Under the pieces are notes generated by a model that was not told the DNA's origin, ran no database searches, and saw only the letters and a list, made by a program, of their open reading frames with translations. A program made the translations under genes and the position numbers. This document shows positions 47,137-56,006 of a DNA stretch of 64,000 nt, one piece after another. This DNA is from Flavobacteriales bacterium (GTDB lineage: Bacteria; Bacteroidota; Bacteroidia; Flavobacteriales; Flavobacteriaceae): the NCBI GenBank assembly GCA_011526365.1, contig WTIO01000044.1, forward strand, positions 106,791 through 170,790. The letters are read 5' to 3'. Within the stretch, counting starts at the first letter, position 1, and each line of letters opens with the position of its first letter.

Positions 47137-47296
47137 CGATTTCTATTAGGTTTAAGCGGGTTTATCCCCACTAATAAAGATTATGCTCCCATAAGTTTTA
47201 ATTATAAATTTTGGGCAGCACCTTAACGAAACTAAACATCCTAGGAAGTCCTTTGCGCGTTGAATTTTGATGTGTAGTAAATGTGGAAGTCACGTG

Positions 47297-48640
47297 CTAT
47301 TCCAGGGCACGACGCACTATAAACAGGCCATTGTCGGAATCGCTAATAGGAATAAAACCGCTTTCAAAATAAGGATAGATGCTCCAAACCCCGTAAAAAT
47401 GGGTGTTTTCAACATTAGGTGTGGTGTCAAAAAAGGCAATTTCTTGCATTTGCTTATTGGCGATCTGTGCGATGTCAATTTCGCGTAAGCCGGAGGAATA
47501 ACTAGCCAAAAAGAAACTATTACCATGCACATAACCGTTGTGGTCTATTGCTGGAGTGGATCCGGTGTAGGTAAAGTGTACCGAAGGAGCATCAAGGTCA
47601 CTGACGTCAATAACAATTGTTCGGGTTTTAAACCCAAATTCACGTTCGTCTCCTTCATCCCCCACTAGGGCATACCGCTGATCTTCTGTCAACCAATTTT
47701 GATGGGTGTAGGCCGCCAGGGGGTAGGTAGTAGCACTGATTAATCTTGGTTGTGCTTTGTTGGAAACGTCCACAATAATCAAATCGTTGTAGGTATTGCC
47801 ATCTGAGGAAGAACCAAATAGCAGTTCCTGACCTGAATAATTGCTGTCGGGCCCTTGATATGTGACCACTTGAGCATCGTGCACATAAAGATTGGGCCTA
47901 AAACTTCCTGCAGGAGTGGGATTTTTAGGGTTTCTAATATCCACCATAAGCACTCCCCCGTGAAAGGTAACGCCATCTACCGTGCCGCTGGTTCCCACGA
48001 TGTAGGCATAGCCTGAGGTTTCGTTAATAACAATATTGTGAGCACTTCTAAACACATTTAAATGGGCATCGGCCGAAAATTGCTCGGGTGCTGTTACCGT
48101 TCGAAGGCGTGTTAAATCAAATACCTGCATCCCGTGATTGGCCGCCTCACTAACAATAAACGCATGGTCCTTATACACCTTAACATCCCGCCAAACTTTG
48201 GGCTCGGTGTGGGTAGGTAATTTTCCTAAATATTTAGGGGCTTTGGGATCTGAAATGTCAAGAAAAGCCGTGCCGTCCGATAGTCCCAAAATCACATATT
48301 CTTTTGCTGTTGTTTCATCGGTCCATCCCCAAATATCATTAATGAACGTGGCAGACAAGGTGTCAAGTGGCAAAAAGCTATACAAATCATAGCCAGCACA
48401 GGGGTAATCCCCAGCACTACCATTTTCGCAGGGAGCTAAGGGCGTAATGGACACAGGAGCTAGGTGTGCGGTGTTGGCATTTGAATAGTTTGTGTTTGCA
48501 GGAGGAGTGTTTGTGGTATCGGTAGCGTTAGGGTCAGTAGTAGTGGGTACTTCGACTTCTTCAGGGGAGCATTGCACAAACAGCCAAAATGTCAAGAACA
48601 AAAAAATGGGGGTACGGAGGAAGCAGATGTGACGTTTCAT
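47297..48640 (-). CDS. Secreted LVIVD-repeat / choice-of-anchor-B-like beta-propeller lipoprotein
   Basis: Signal peptide plus lipobox (WLFVQCS), a T/N/P-rich linker, and repeated hydrophobic-VD/VS strands (AFIVSE, YAYIVG, DLIIVDVS, TIVIDVSD). Confidence 0.6.
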   Translation of the reverse strand: MKRHICFLRTPIFLFLTFWLFVQCSPEEVEVPTTTDPNATDTTNTPPANTNYSNANTAHLAPVSITPLAPCENGSAGDYPCAGYDLYSFLPLDTLSATFINDIWGWTDETTAKEYVILGLSDGTAFLDISDPKAPKYLGKLPTHTEPKVWRDVKVYKDHAFIVSEAANHGMQVFDLTRLRTVTAPEQFSADAHLNVFRSAHNIVINETSGYAYIVGTSGTVDGVTFHGGVLMVDIRNPKNPTPAGSFRPNLYVHDAQVVTYQGPDSNYSGQELLFGSSSDGNTYNDLIIVDVSNKAQPRLISATTYPLAAYTHQNWLTEDQRYALVGDEGDEREFGFKTRTIVIDVSDLDAPSVHFTYTGSTPAIDHNGYVHGNSFFLASYSSGLREIDIAQIANKQMQEIAFFDTTPNVENTHFYGVWSIYPYFESGFIPISDSDNGLFIVRRALE

Positions 48641-48649
48641 GAAATGCGT

Positions 48650-48663
48650 AGTATACGTATACT
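48650..48663. promoter_or_regulatory. Perfect 14-bp palindrome AGTATACGTATACT
   Basis: Read directly. It lies in the 90-bp divergent region, 10 nt upstream of the minus-strand ATG at 48640. Confidence 0.3.
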
Positions 48664-48718
48664 TTAAAGTACAAACGAAGTTAACCTTACCCTAGAATAC
48701 TACAAAACAAATTAACCG

Positions 48719-48726
48719 TATTTTTG
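48719..48726 (+). promoter_or_regulatory. -7 promoter box TATTTTTG placed 4 nt from the thiL ATG; predicts a leaderless mRNA
   Basis: Reads TATTTTTG-tgcc-ATG directly. Confidence 0.45.
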
Positions 48727-48730
48727 TGCC

Positions 48731-49798
48731 ATGCTAGAAGATAAGAACCCCTCTAAAACTTCCCTAGAACAACTGGGAGAATTTGGTCTTATAGACCGAC
48801 TGACAAAAGATTTTCCATTAACTCAAAAAAGCACCCAAACAGGTGTTGGAGACGATGCTGCTGTACTGGAATTTGGGACGTCACAAACAGTAGTGACTAC
48901 AGATCTGCTGTTTGAAGGCATTCATTTCGACTTAAGCTATATGCCCCTCAAGCATCTTGGCTATAAAGCGGTTGTGGTTAACTTGTCCGACATTTTTGCC
49001 ATGAATGCGCAACCCAGTCAAATTACAGTGGCTTTTGGGGTATCCAACCGGTTTCCATTAGAAGCTTTAGAAGAACTCTACAGCGGTATCCACCATGCCT
49101 GTAAGCGTTTTGGAGTAGATCTTGTGGGTGGGGATACTACCAGTAGTACCCAAGGGCTTTTACTTTCCATAACCGCTATAGGCAGCGCACCAAAAGAAAA
49201 AATTGTTTATCGTAGAGGCGCTAAAAAAAATGATCTACTTGTGGTTAGTGGCGATTTGGGGGGAGCCTATGCAGGCCTACAAATCTTAGAACGTGAAAAA
49301 GAGGTGTTTAAAGTAAACCCCAACAACCAACCCGACTTGGACCCGTATACTTACAGCGTAGGGCGCCAATTAAAACCCGAAGCCCGGGCTGATGTGATTG
49401 CGCTTCTAGAGGAACTCAATATTACTCCCACAGCAATGATTGACGTGAGTGATGGCTTGTCTTCGGAAATTTTACATCTCAGTAAAGCCGGAAAGGTGGG
49501 TTTTTCAATTTATGAGGAAAAACTTCCAATTGATCCTGAGGTCGTGCGGATATGTGAGGAATTTAAAATCAACCCTAGTACTGCTGTGCTCAATGGCGGA
49601 GAAGATTATGAACTGCTATTTACGGTAGACCAGAGTGCCTATGACAGCATTAAACAACACCCCTATTTAACGGTGATTGGCCATTGTACTGAATTGGAAA
49701 GTGGATGCAACTTAGTTACGGGCTTGGGACAACAAATTCCCTTAGAAGCCCAAGGATGGAATAGTTTTAATGCGACCTCAACCGAGGGCGACATCTAG
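48731..49798 (+). CDS. thiL: Thiamine-monophosphate kinase
   Basis: Contains GEFGLIDRL, GVGDDAAVL and GGDT motifs (AIR-synthase-related fold). Confidence 0.88.
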   Translation: MLEDKNPSKTSLEQLGEFGLIDRLTKDFPLTQKSTQTGVGDDAAVLEFGTSQTVVTTDLLFEGIHFDLSYMPLKHLGYKAVVVNLSDIFAMNAQPSQITVAFGVSNRFPLEALEELYSGIHHACKRFGVDLVGGDTTSSTQGLLLSITAIGSAPKEKIVYRRGAKKNDLLVVSGDLGGAYAGLQILEREKEVFKVNPNNQPDLDPYTYSVGRQLKPEARADVIALLEELNITPTAMIDVSDGLSSEILHLSKAGKVGFSIYEEKLPIDPEVVRICEEFKINPSTAVLNGGEDYELLFTVDQSAYDSIKQHPYLTVIGHCTELESGCNLVTGLGQQIPLEAQGWNSFNATSTEGDI

Positions 49799-50593
49799 GG
49801 TCATCATCACCAAAAACCCACCGATAAATCCTAAAGTAGCAATATCGGTGTATTTGTCCTGTTGGGTTTCGGGGATTACTTCTTCCACTACCACAAAAAT
49901 CATTGCCCCTGCGGCAAAAGCCAAGGCATAGGGTAAAATTGGTGTAAAAAATGTAACGGCTACTGCACCAATCACTGCAGCAACGGGCTCAACTACAGCC
50001 GACAATTGGCCATACCAAAAACTCTTAAAGTGGCTAAGCCCCTGACGACGGAGCGGCATAGATACAGCAATCCCTTCTGGGAAATTTTGGATTCCTATTC
50101 CCAATGCCAATACTACAGCTCCTGCAATGGAGGCCTCAGGAAAACCTGCGGCAACACCACCAAAAAGCACCCCTACAGCCAATCCTTCGGGGATGTTGTG
50201 TAAGGTAATGGCCAACACCAACAAGGTGGTTTTTTGCCATGGGGTTTTTATCCCTTCGCTTTCTTTAAAGTTAATATGTATGTGGGGCAACAATTTGTCA
50301 AGTCCAAAAAGAAAAAGTGCTCCTAAGGCAAAGCCAATTGCCGCAGGAATCACTTTAATAAAACCTTCCCCCCCACTCATTTCAATGGCCGGGGATAGCA
50401 AGCTCCAAAAACTGGCTGCCACCATTACCCCTCCGGTAAAGCCGAGCATGCCATCGAGTAGGGCCCTGTTCATCTTTTTAAAGAAAAAAACAAAGGCAGC
50501 ACCCAAGGCTGTAAGCCCCCAAGTAAATAGTGTGGCGATAAAGGCACCCATTACTGGATCAATCCCTTCAAAATAGGTAATTATAGCATCCAT
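49778..50593 (-). CDS. ZIP-family divalent metal transporter (ZupT-like)
   Basis: 8 hydrophobic helices and the HNIPEGLAVG signature. Its 3' end overlaps thiL by 21 nt in convergent orientation. Confidence 0.85.
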   Translation of the reverse strand: MDAIITYFEGIDPVMGAFIATLFTWGLTALGAAFVFFFKKMNRALLDGMLGFTGGVMVAASFWSLLSPAIEMSGGEGFIKVIPAAIGFALGALFLFGLDKLLPHIHINFKESEGIKTPWQKTTLLVLAITLHNIPEGLAVGVLFGGVAAGFPEASIAGAVVLALGIGIQNFPEGIAVSMPLRRQGLSHFKSFWYGQLSAVVEPVAAVIGAVAVTFFTPILPYALAFAAGAMIFVVVEEVIPETQQDKYTDIATLGFIGGFLVMMTLDVALG

Positions 50594-50611
50594 AGGAATT
50601 TGATTTCAATA

Positions 50612-50619
50612 CAAAAATA
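50612..50619 (-). promoter_or_regulatory. Candidate -7 promoter box TATTTTTG for the ZIP transporter gene
   Basis: Exact TAnnTTTG on the minus strand, 18 nt upstream of the ATG at 50593. Confidence 0.35.
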
Positions 50620-50654
50620 GTGAGCTTTTCTGAATTGGGTTGTTTTGTTTTACT

Positions 50655-50662
50655 TACTTTTG
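50655..50662 (+). promoter_or_regulatory. -7 promoter box TACTTTTG placed 4 nt from the lycopene-cyclase-like ATG; predicts a leaderless mRNA
   Basis: Reads TACTTTTG-attt-ATG directly. Confidence 0.45.
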
Positions 50663-50666
50663 ATTT

Positions 50667-51818
50667 ATGGCTATGAAAAGAGCAAGCTACGATTACATTA
50701 TTTGTGGTGGCGGTGCTTCGGGACTACTTTTAGCGCTTCAAATGGAAGCGGATGTGTACTTTAAAAACAAGCGGGTACTTCTTGTGGAACAACAACAACA
50801 ACGAAGCAACGACCGCACTTGGTGTTTTTGGGAAAAAAAACCGGGTATTTTAGAGGAAATTGTTTTTCATCAGTGGGATCATGCCTTTTTTAATAGTCCC
50901 AATTGGGAATCTCATTTTCCCATGGCGCCTTACCGCTACAAAATGATTCGGGGAATTGATTTTTATACCTATGCCTATAAAAAAATTGAGGCCTGTGCGG
51001 GGATCGACCTACTCACAGCGCAGGTGAGAGCAATAACTGAAGAAAAAAACGGCGCTGTAGTCACCACTTCCAAAGGCCATTTTGAAGCCCCCTATGTGTT
51101 TTCCAGTATCAACACCCCCGAACGTTATTTGGAACAAAAAAAATATCCCGTCTTACAACAACACTTTCTAGGTTGGACAATTACTACACCCACCCTTACT
51201 TTTAAGGCAGATGAAATTGTGTTTATGGATTTTGATATTCCACAAAAAAACACCACCCAATTTATGTATATACTACCGTTTAGCCCCAATAAAGCTTTGG
51301 TAGAATACACGCTTTTTTCCCCTCAACTCTTAGAAAAATCCGCCTATGAAAAAGCCCTAAAGGAATATTTAAATCAAAAAGAAATAAGGCAGTATACCAT
51401 TGAGGAATCTGAGTTTGGATGTATCCCAATGACCGCCTACAATTTCGATCAACACAACAGCACCCACTTGCTTCATATTGGTACTGCTGGAGGCTGGACG
51501 AAGGCCAGTACGGGCTACACCTTTCAAAAAACCATTACAAAAACACAAGCCCTTGTTGCTTTTTTAAAACAACAACGTCCCTTAAATGAATTTAAGGTAC
51601 GGGATAAATACAATTTTTACGATTTGCTGTTTTTAGATGTTTTATCGCAACACAACGGGGCGGGGGCACAACTGTTTCGCACGCTTTTTCAAAACAATAC
51701 GCCCGAAACCATATTCCGGTTCTTGGACGAGCAATCCTCCCTTTGGGATGAACTTAAAATCATGCGGTCATTTCCAAAGCGCATTTTTGTAGCAGCACTC
51801 TTAAAACGCTTGTTTTAG
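50667..51818 (+). CDS. Lycopene cyclase-family flavoprotein (CrtY-like)
   Basis: N-terminal YDYIICGGGASGLLLA dinucleotide-binding motif. About 380 aa, typical of the family. Confidence 0.7.
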   Translation: MAMKRASYDYIICGGGASGLLLALQMEADVYFKNKRVLLVEQQQQRSNDRTWCFWEKKPGILEEIVFHQWDHAFFNSPNWESHFPMAPYRYKMIRGIDFYTYAYKKIEACAGIDLLTAQVRAITEEKNGAVVTTSKGHFEAPYVFSSINTPERYLEQKKYPVLQQHFLGWTITTPTLTFKADEIVFMDFDIPQKNTTQFMYILPFSPNKALVEYTLFSPQLLEKSAYEKALKEYLNQKEIRQYTIEESEFGCIPMTAYNFDQHNSTHLLHIGTAGGWTKASTGYTFQKTITKTQALVAFLKQQRPLNEFKVRDKYNFYDLLFLDVLSQHNGAGAQLFRTLFQNNTPETIFRFLDEQSSLWDELKIMRSFPKRIFVAALLKRLF

Positions 51819-52786
51819 TGATCCCGTTGCAGTAAAAACGCTGCCATTTGTTTTAGTGGGGTTTTACGCTCCTCTTCTAATGAAAGCGCGTCTAAAGCCG
51901 AAGTGGCCATTGCAGTGTACCTATCGATTTCCGCTTTAATTGCAGTTGTGGCGCCTGAGGCTTCAAAAATAGCACACACGCTACTTATTTTTTCGGGACT
52001 GCTTGTGGTGGTAGAAAACCAGGACGCCAATTCTTTTTGATGGGTTTCAGAAGCATGGGTACAGGCATGAAGGTATAAATAGGTTTTTTTGTTCTCCAAA
52101 ATATCTCCCCCTACTTGTTTCCCAAAACGTTCAGGATCTCCAAAGGCATCCAAATAATCGTCTTGGAGTTGAAAAGCAATTCCCAAATTTTTACCAAAGG
52201 CATAGCATTGGGCTGCTGCTGCTTCAGAAGCTCCGCCAACAAGCGCCCCCATTTTTAGGGCGCAACCCACCAATACCGCTGTTTTGTACGTTATCATTTG
52301 AAGGTATTCCTCCAAACGCACTTGCTCTTGGTTGGGAAATTGCATGTCCCACTGTTGGCCCTCACACACCTGTTGCGCCATGGTACTAAACTCCACCACC
52401 AACTGTTTAAAAACTGGAGCTGGATACCGCTCCAATTGGCGGTACGCCAAAACAAGCATGACATCGCCAGAGAGTATTCCTGTGTTTACATCCCATTTTT
52501 GATGTACGGTAGGCTGTCCTCTTCGCAGCGGTGCTGCATCCATAATATCATCGTGGACTAAACTAAAATTATGGAACACCTCCACTGCAAGTGCTGCAGG
52601 CAAGGCATCGGTAATGGAACCCGAAAATGCTTCGGCAGCCATAAGAGTAATTAACGGACGCAAACGCTTTCCGCCCAACTGCATAATGTAATTGGTTGGT
52701 GCATACAAAGCTTTTGGGGGGGTATGGGGGGCCTGTTCTTCTAAATAGTCTAAAAAAGGTGTGCGATACCGCTCGAAGAGTTCCAT
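51815..52786 (-). CDS. Polyprenyl diphosphate synthase (trans-isoprenyl diphosphate synthase; product chain length unknown)
   Basis: First and second Asp-rich motifs, LVHDDIMD and QLQDDYLD. The ATG at 52786 is preferred over the TTG at 52801. Confidence 0.88.
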   Translation of the reverse strand: MELFERYRTPFLDYLEEQAPHTPPKALYAPTNYIMQLGGKRLRPLITLMAAEAFSGSITDALPAALAVEVFHNFSLVHDDIMDAAPLRRGQPTVHQKWDVNTGILSGDVMLVLAYRQLERYPAPVFKQLVVEFSTMAQQVCEGQQWDMQFPNQEQVRLEEYLQMITYKTAVLVGCALKMGALVGGASEAAAAQCYAFGKNLGIAFQLQDDYLDAFGDPERFGKQVGGDILENKKTYLYLHACTHASETHQKELASWFSTTTSSPEKISSVCAIFEASGATTAIKAEIDRYTAMATSALDALSLEEERKTPLKQMAAFLLQRDH

Positions 52787-52834
52787 AGAATATTTTTCCA
52801 AAAATAAAGATTTACATCCACTCCCCTTAAAACT

Positions 52835-52877
52835 TTGGAAACTTTTTTGGTTTTTTCGTTTCCAAGAATTACTTTTG
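52835..52877 (+). promoter_or_regulatory. Complete Bacteroidota-type promoter (TTTG 52846-52849, N20, TACTTTTG 52870-52877) bracketed by the inverted repeat TTGGAAAC-N15-GTTTCCAA; candidate TetR operator
   Basis: All elements were read directly. The -7 box ends 13 nt before the tetR ATG. The 8-bp arms flank the -33 element and the spacer. Confidence 0.5.
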
Positions 52878-52890
52878 CAGCGAAATTGCT

Positions 52891-53496
52891 ATGAAAAAGA
52901 AAATTTTAGATTGTGCTATTGCCGATTTTTTAGTCTATGGCTTTAAAAACGTCACCATGGACGACCTGGCCCAAAAATTGGGGATTTCCAAAAAAACGAT
53001 CTATGATAATTTTTCTACCAAGCAAGAACTCGTAGCTGAGGCAGCTAACACCATCTTTGAAAATGTTTCTTCTACAATCCAAAAAATACATCGCGAAGAA
53101 ATTGACCCTGTAAAGAGTTTATTTGACATCAAAAAAGAGGTCACCAAGTACTACAACGACGTACAAAACTCGCCACAGTATCAATTGCAAAAATACTATC
53201 CTGAAATTTGGACTTCAATCAAATCTAAAGAGCTCAAAAAATTTGGGAAGCTGATGACCAAAAGTCTTGAAAAAGGGGTAAAAATGGGCCTTTTCCGTGC
53301 CGATATCGATTGTGAATTCATTTCCTTGTTGTATTTTAACGGTATTCGTGGTATTAGAGATCCTAAACTCTTTCCACCCCAACACTACAAATTTGAAGAC
53401 CTACTCATGCAGTACTTTAGCTACCACCTTAGAGCCATCGCTACCCCTAAGGGCCTCGAACTTTTTAATTCTTACAACGCAGCATCAAAACCATGA
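52891..53496 (+). CDS. TetR/AcrR-family transcriptional regulator
   Basis: N-terminal HTH (FKNVTMDDLAQKLGISKKTIYDNFSTK); 201 aa. First gene of the efflux operon. Confidence 0.88.
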   Translation: MKKKILDCAIADFLVYGFKNVTMDDLAQKLGISKKTIYDNFSTKQELVAEAANTIFENVSSTIQKIHREEIDPVKSLFDIKKEVTKYYNDVQNSPQYQLQKYYPEIWTSIKSKELKKFGKLMTKSLEKGVKMGLFRADIDCEFISLLYFNGIRGIRDPKLFPPQHYKFEDLLMQYFSYHLRAIATPKGLELFNSYNAASKP

Positions 53497-54824
53497 AAGC
53501 ATTCCCTTTATTTTTTACACTTTGGATTTCCTTTTTAGGGTTTTCGCAAAACAGCACAGGGCTCTCCCTTGAAGCTGCCATTGACTATGGTCTTGCGAAT
53601 AATATCAACCTTAAGAATGCGAGCTTAGAAATCCAAAAAGCCTATAAAGAAAAGTGGGTTACCATTGCGCGTGGACTCCCTCAAATTAGTGCCAGTGCTA
53701 ATTATCAAAACTTTCTAGAATTGCCTGTTTCTCTTGTTCCTGCTGAATTCTTTGGAGGGCAAAAAGGAGAATTTGCAGAACTTCGTTTTGGCACCAACCA
53801 AAACTTAGTGGCCGGCGGAAAAGTAGAACAGCTCATTTTTGACGGCACCTATGTTGTAGGTATTCAGGCCATCAATGTATACCTCAACATTTCGGAAAAC
53901 CTTTTTGAAAAAACAAAAATTGAAATAATTAAAGCCATTGTAAACAGCTACTGCATGGTGCTTTTGGCAGATGAAAACGTTGCACTACTGAAAAAAAATG
54001 CTGCTAATTTGGAGGAAAATGTAACTGAAACGCAAGCCCTTTTTGAAAACGGGTTTGCAGAGCAAGAAAGTGTAGAACAACTGCAACTGACCTTGTCTCA
54101 AATTAACTCTCAGTTAGACTATGCAGAAAACCTCCAAAAAATTACCCGCAGTTTTTTAAAACTCGCATTGGGGTATCCCGAAGAAGAAGCACTACTTATT
54201 ACGGATAAACTAGAGCTTTTGGCCATGACCAAAATGGAACTGCTTCCAGAAAACAATCCAGACCTATCGAATAATGTGGATTTAAAAATTGCGGCCAACA
54301 ACAAAGCCTCCGAAGCGCTGCTACTGCGTTTGGAACGTGCCAAAGCACTTCCTACCCTTAGGGCCTTCCTCAACGGAAACTACACAGGAAACAGCGATAC
54401 CTTTACCTTTTTGGAACCCAATCAAAAGTGGTTTGCCTCCTCCTTATTTGGGGTCAATTTAAACATCCCTATTTTCAGTTCTCTAGGCCGAGCAGCCAGT
54501 ACTCAAAAAGCAAAAATTGCCCTTGCCCAAGCCAATAACAACCTCGAGCTCACCGAACAGCAAGTAGCTCTGGAATTTCAACAAGCACTAAACGATTTTG
54601 AATTGAGCATAAAAAACTACAATACTTCTAAGTCAAATTTGGGCTTGGCCACACGTATAGAAGCAAAAAACAAAGTGAAATTCCTCGAAGGCATGGCCTC
54701 AAGTTTTGAGTTACGCCAAGCACAAACCCAGTTGTATAGCGCCCAAAACCAGTACTTAAACGCCCTTAAAGACGTCATCGTGAACAAAGTCAATCTTGAA
54801 ACAATTATCAACTCACCAAACTAG
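53493..54824 (+). CDS. TolC-family outer-membrane efflux protein
   Basis: Signal peptide and two coiled-coil/beta repeats. ATGA overlap with tetR. Confidence 0.85.
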   Translation: MKAFPLFFTLWISFLGFSQNSTGLSLEAAIDYGLANNINLKNASLEIQKAYKEKWVTIARGLPQISASANYQNFLELPVSLVPAEFFGGQKGEFAELRFGTNQNLVAGGKVEQLIFDGTYVVGIQAINVYLNISENLFEKTKIEIIKAIVNSYCMVLLADENVALLKKNAANLEENVTETQALFENGFAEQESVEQLQLTLSQINSQLDYAENLQKITRSFLKLALGYPEEEALLITDKLELLAMTKMELLPENNPDLSNNVDLKIAANNKASEALLLRLERAKALPTLRAFLNGNYTGNSDTFTFLEPNQKWFASSLFGVNLNIPIFSSLGRAASTQKAKIALAQANNNLELTEQQVALEFQQALNDFELSIKNYNTSKSNLGLATRIEAKNKVKFLEGMASSFELRQAQTQLYSAQNQYLNALKDVIVNKVNLETIINSPN

Positions 54825-54830
54825 GACCCA

Positions 54831-55991
54831 ATGAGAATAACACATTATTTCTTTCTATTTCTGCTTTTTGCCGCTTGTGGTGAAAAAAGCACAGACCTGA
54901 ACACTCTTGTGAAAGCTGGGGATTTAAAACAACTTCGGGCCCTGAAGCAACAAGAAACTACACAACTTAATGCCACCAAATCGCGTTTAACTGCCATTGA
55001 CAAGGCCATTGCACAATTAGACGAAAACAAAGGCTTGAGTTTAATTACTTCTTTTGTTGCCGAAACGGAAAACTTTGATCATTTTATCACAGTTCAAGCC
55101 GATATGAAAACCCGTAAAAATGTGGCAATATTTCCCGAATTTGCCGGGCGATTGTTGCGTTTTTATATAAAAGAAGGCCAGCAAGTAAAAAAAGGCACCC
55201 TCCTGGCATCCATCGATGACGGTGGCTTAAAGCAGCAACTAGAACAACTCAAACTGCAACTAGAACTTGCAAAAACTACTTTTGAACGCTCCCAACGCCT
55301 GTGGGACCAAAAGATTGGTACAGAAATCCAGTACCTGGAGGCTAAAACCCGATATGAAAGTCAAGAACAACAAGTGGCACAAATGAAGGAGCAACTGGCT
55401 AAAACCAAAGTATATGCTCCCTTTAGCGGAACGGTTGACGAGTTATTGGCCAATGAGGGCGCCAACCTACTTCCAGGAGCTACTCCAATTTTGCGTATCG
55501 TAAATTTAAAGCAGATGTATGCCGAAGCACAGCTCCCCGAGCGGCATTTGAGTGCTGTGCGTAAAGGAACACCGGTCATTGTAGAAATGCCCATGCTCAA
55601 TAGCCAACAACAAACGCAAGTTCAAACCCTTGGCAACTTCATCAATCCCAACAACAGAACTTTTAGGATAGAGGCACCGCTAGAAAACACTAACGGGCAG
55701 ATTAAACCCAACCTTATGGGAAAGATGAAAATCAATGACTACTCCAACCCTCAGGCCATTATGATTCCACAACGCATTGTTCGTGAAAACACCGAAGGAA
55801 AAACCTACATTTTTACCTTAAAATCTACCGAAGCTGAAGGCGTCTACATTACCCAACAACAATTTGTTAAGTTGGGGATGGCCTCAGAAAATAAAGTAGA
55901 GGTTGTTGCTGGAATTGCCATGGGCGATCGTATCGTAGACGAAGGAGCAAATAGCATTGAGGACCAACAACGCGTGCGTAACCTAAACTAA
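54831..55991 (+). CDS. Efflux RND transporter periplasmic adaptor (membrane fusion protein)
   Basis: Lipobox LLFAACG, a coiled-coil hairpin and lipoyl/beta-barrel regions (KVYAPFSGTV). Confidence 0.88.
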   Translation: MRITHYFFLFLLFAACGEKSTDLNTLVKAGDLKQLRALKQQETTQLNATKSRLTAIDKAIAQLDENKGLSLITSFVAETENFDHFITVQADMKTRKNVAIFPEFAGRLLRFYIKEGQQVKKGTLLASIDDGGLKQQLEQLKLQLELAKTTFERSQRLWDQKIGTEIQYLEAKTRYESQEQQVAQMKEQLAKTKVYAPFSGTVDELLANEGANLLPGATPILRIVNLKQMYAEAQLPERHLSAVRKGTPVIVEMPMLNSQQQTQVQTLGNFINPNNRTFRIEAPLENTNGQIKPNLMGKMKINDYSNPQAIMIPQRIVRENTEGKTYIFTLKSTEAEGVYITQQQFVKLGMASENKVEVVAGIAMGDRIVDEGANSIEDQQRVRNLN

Positions 55992-56006
55992 TTGTTTCTC
56001 CGCCTT

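Noticed and set aside
47153-47175. GC-rich patch GGGTTTATCCCC upstream of the SUF genes, considered as an IscR/Rrf2 type-2 site.
   Set aside because: It does not fit the CC..A-N7-T..GG arrangement when read on either strand, and its symmetric arms are only 3-4 bp.
47100-47296. The largest non-coding gap in the window (197 bp), checked for a tRNA, riboswitch, small RNA or upstream ORF.
   Set aside because: I found no cloverleaf-compatible arms or conserved riboswitch cores. The only ORFs on the SUF strand are 13 and 3 codons long. The gap is better explained as a terminator/promoter region, which is described separately.
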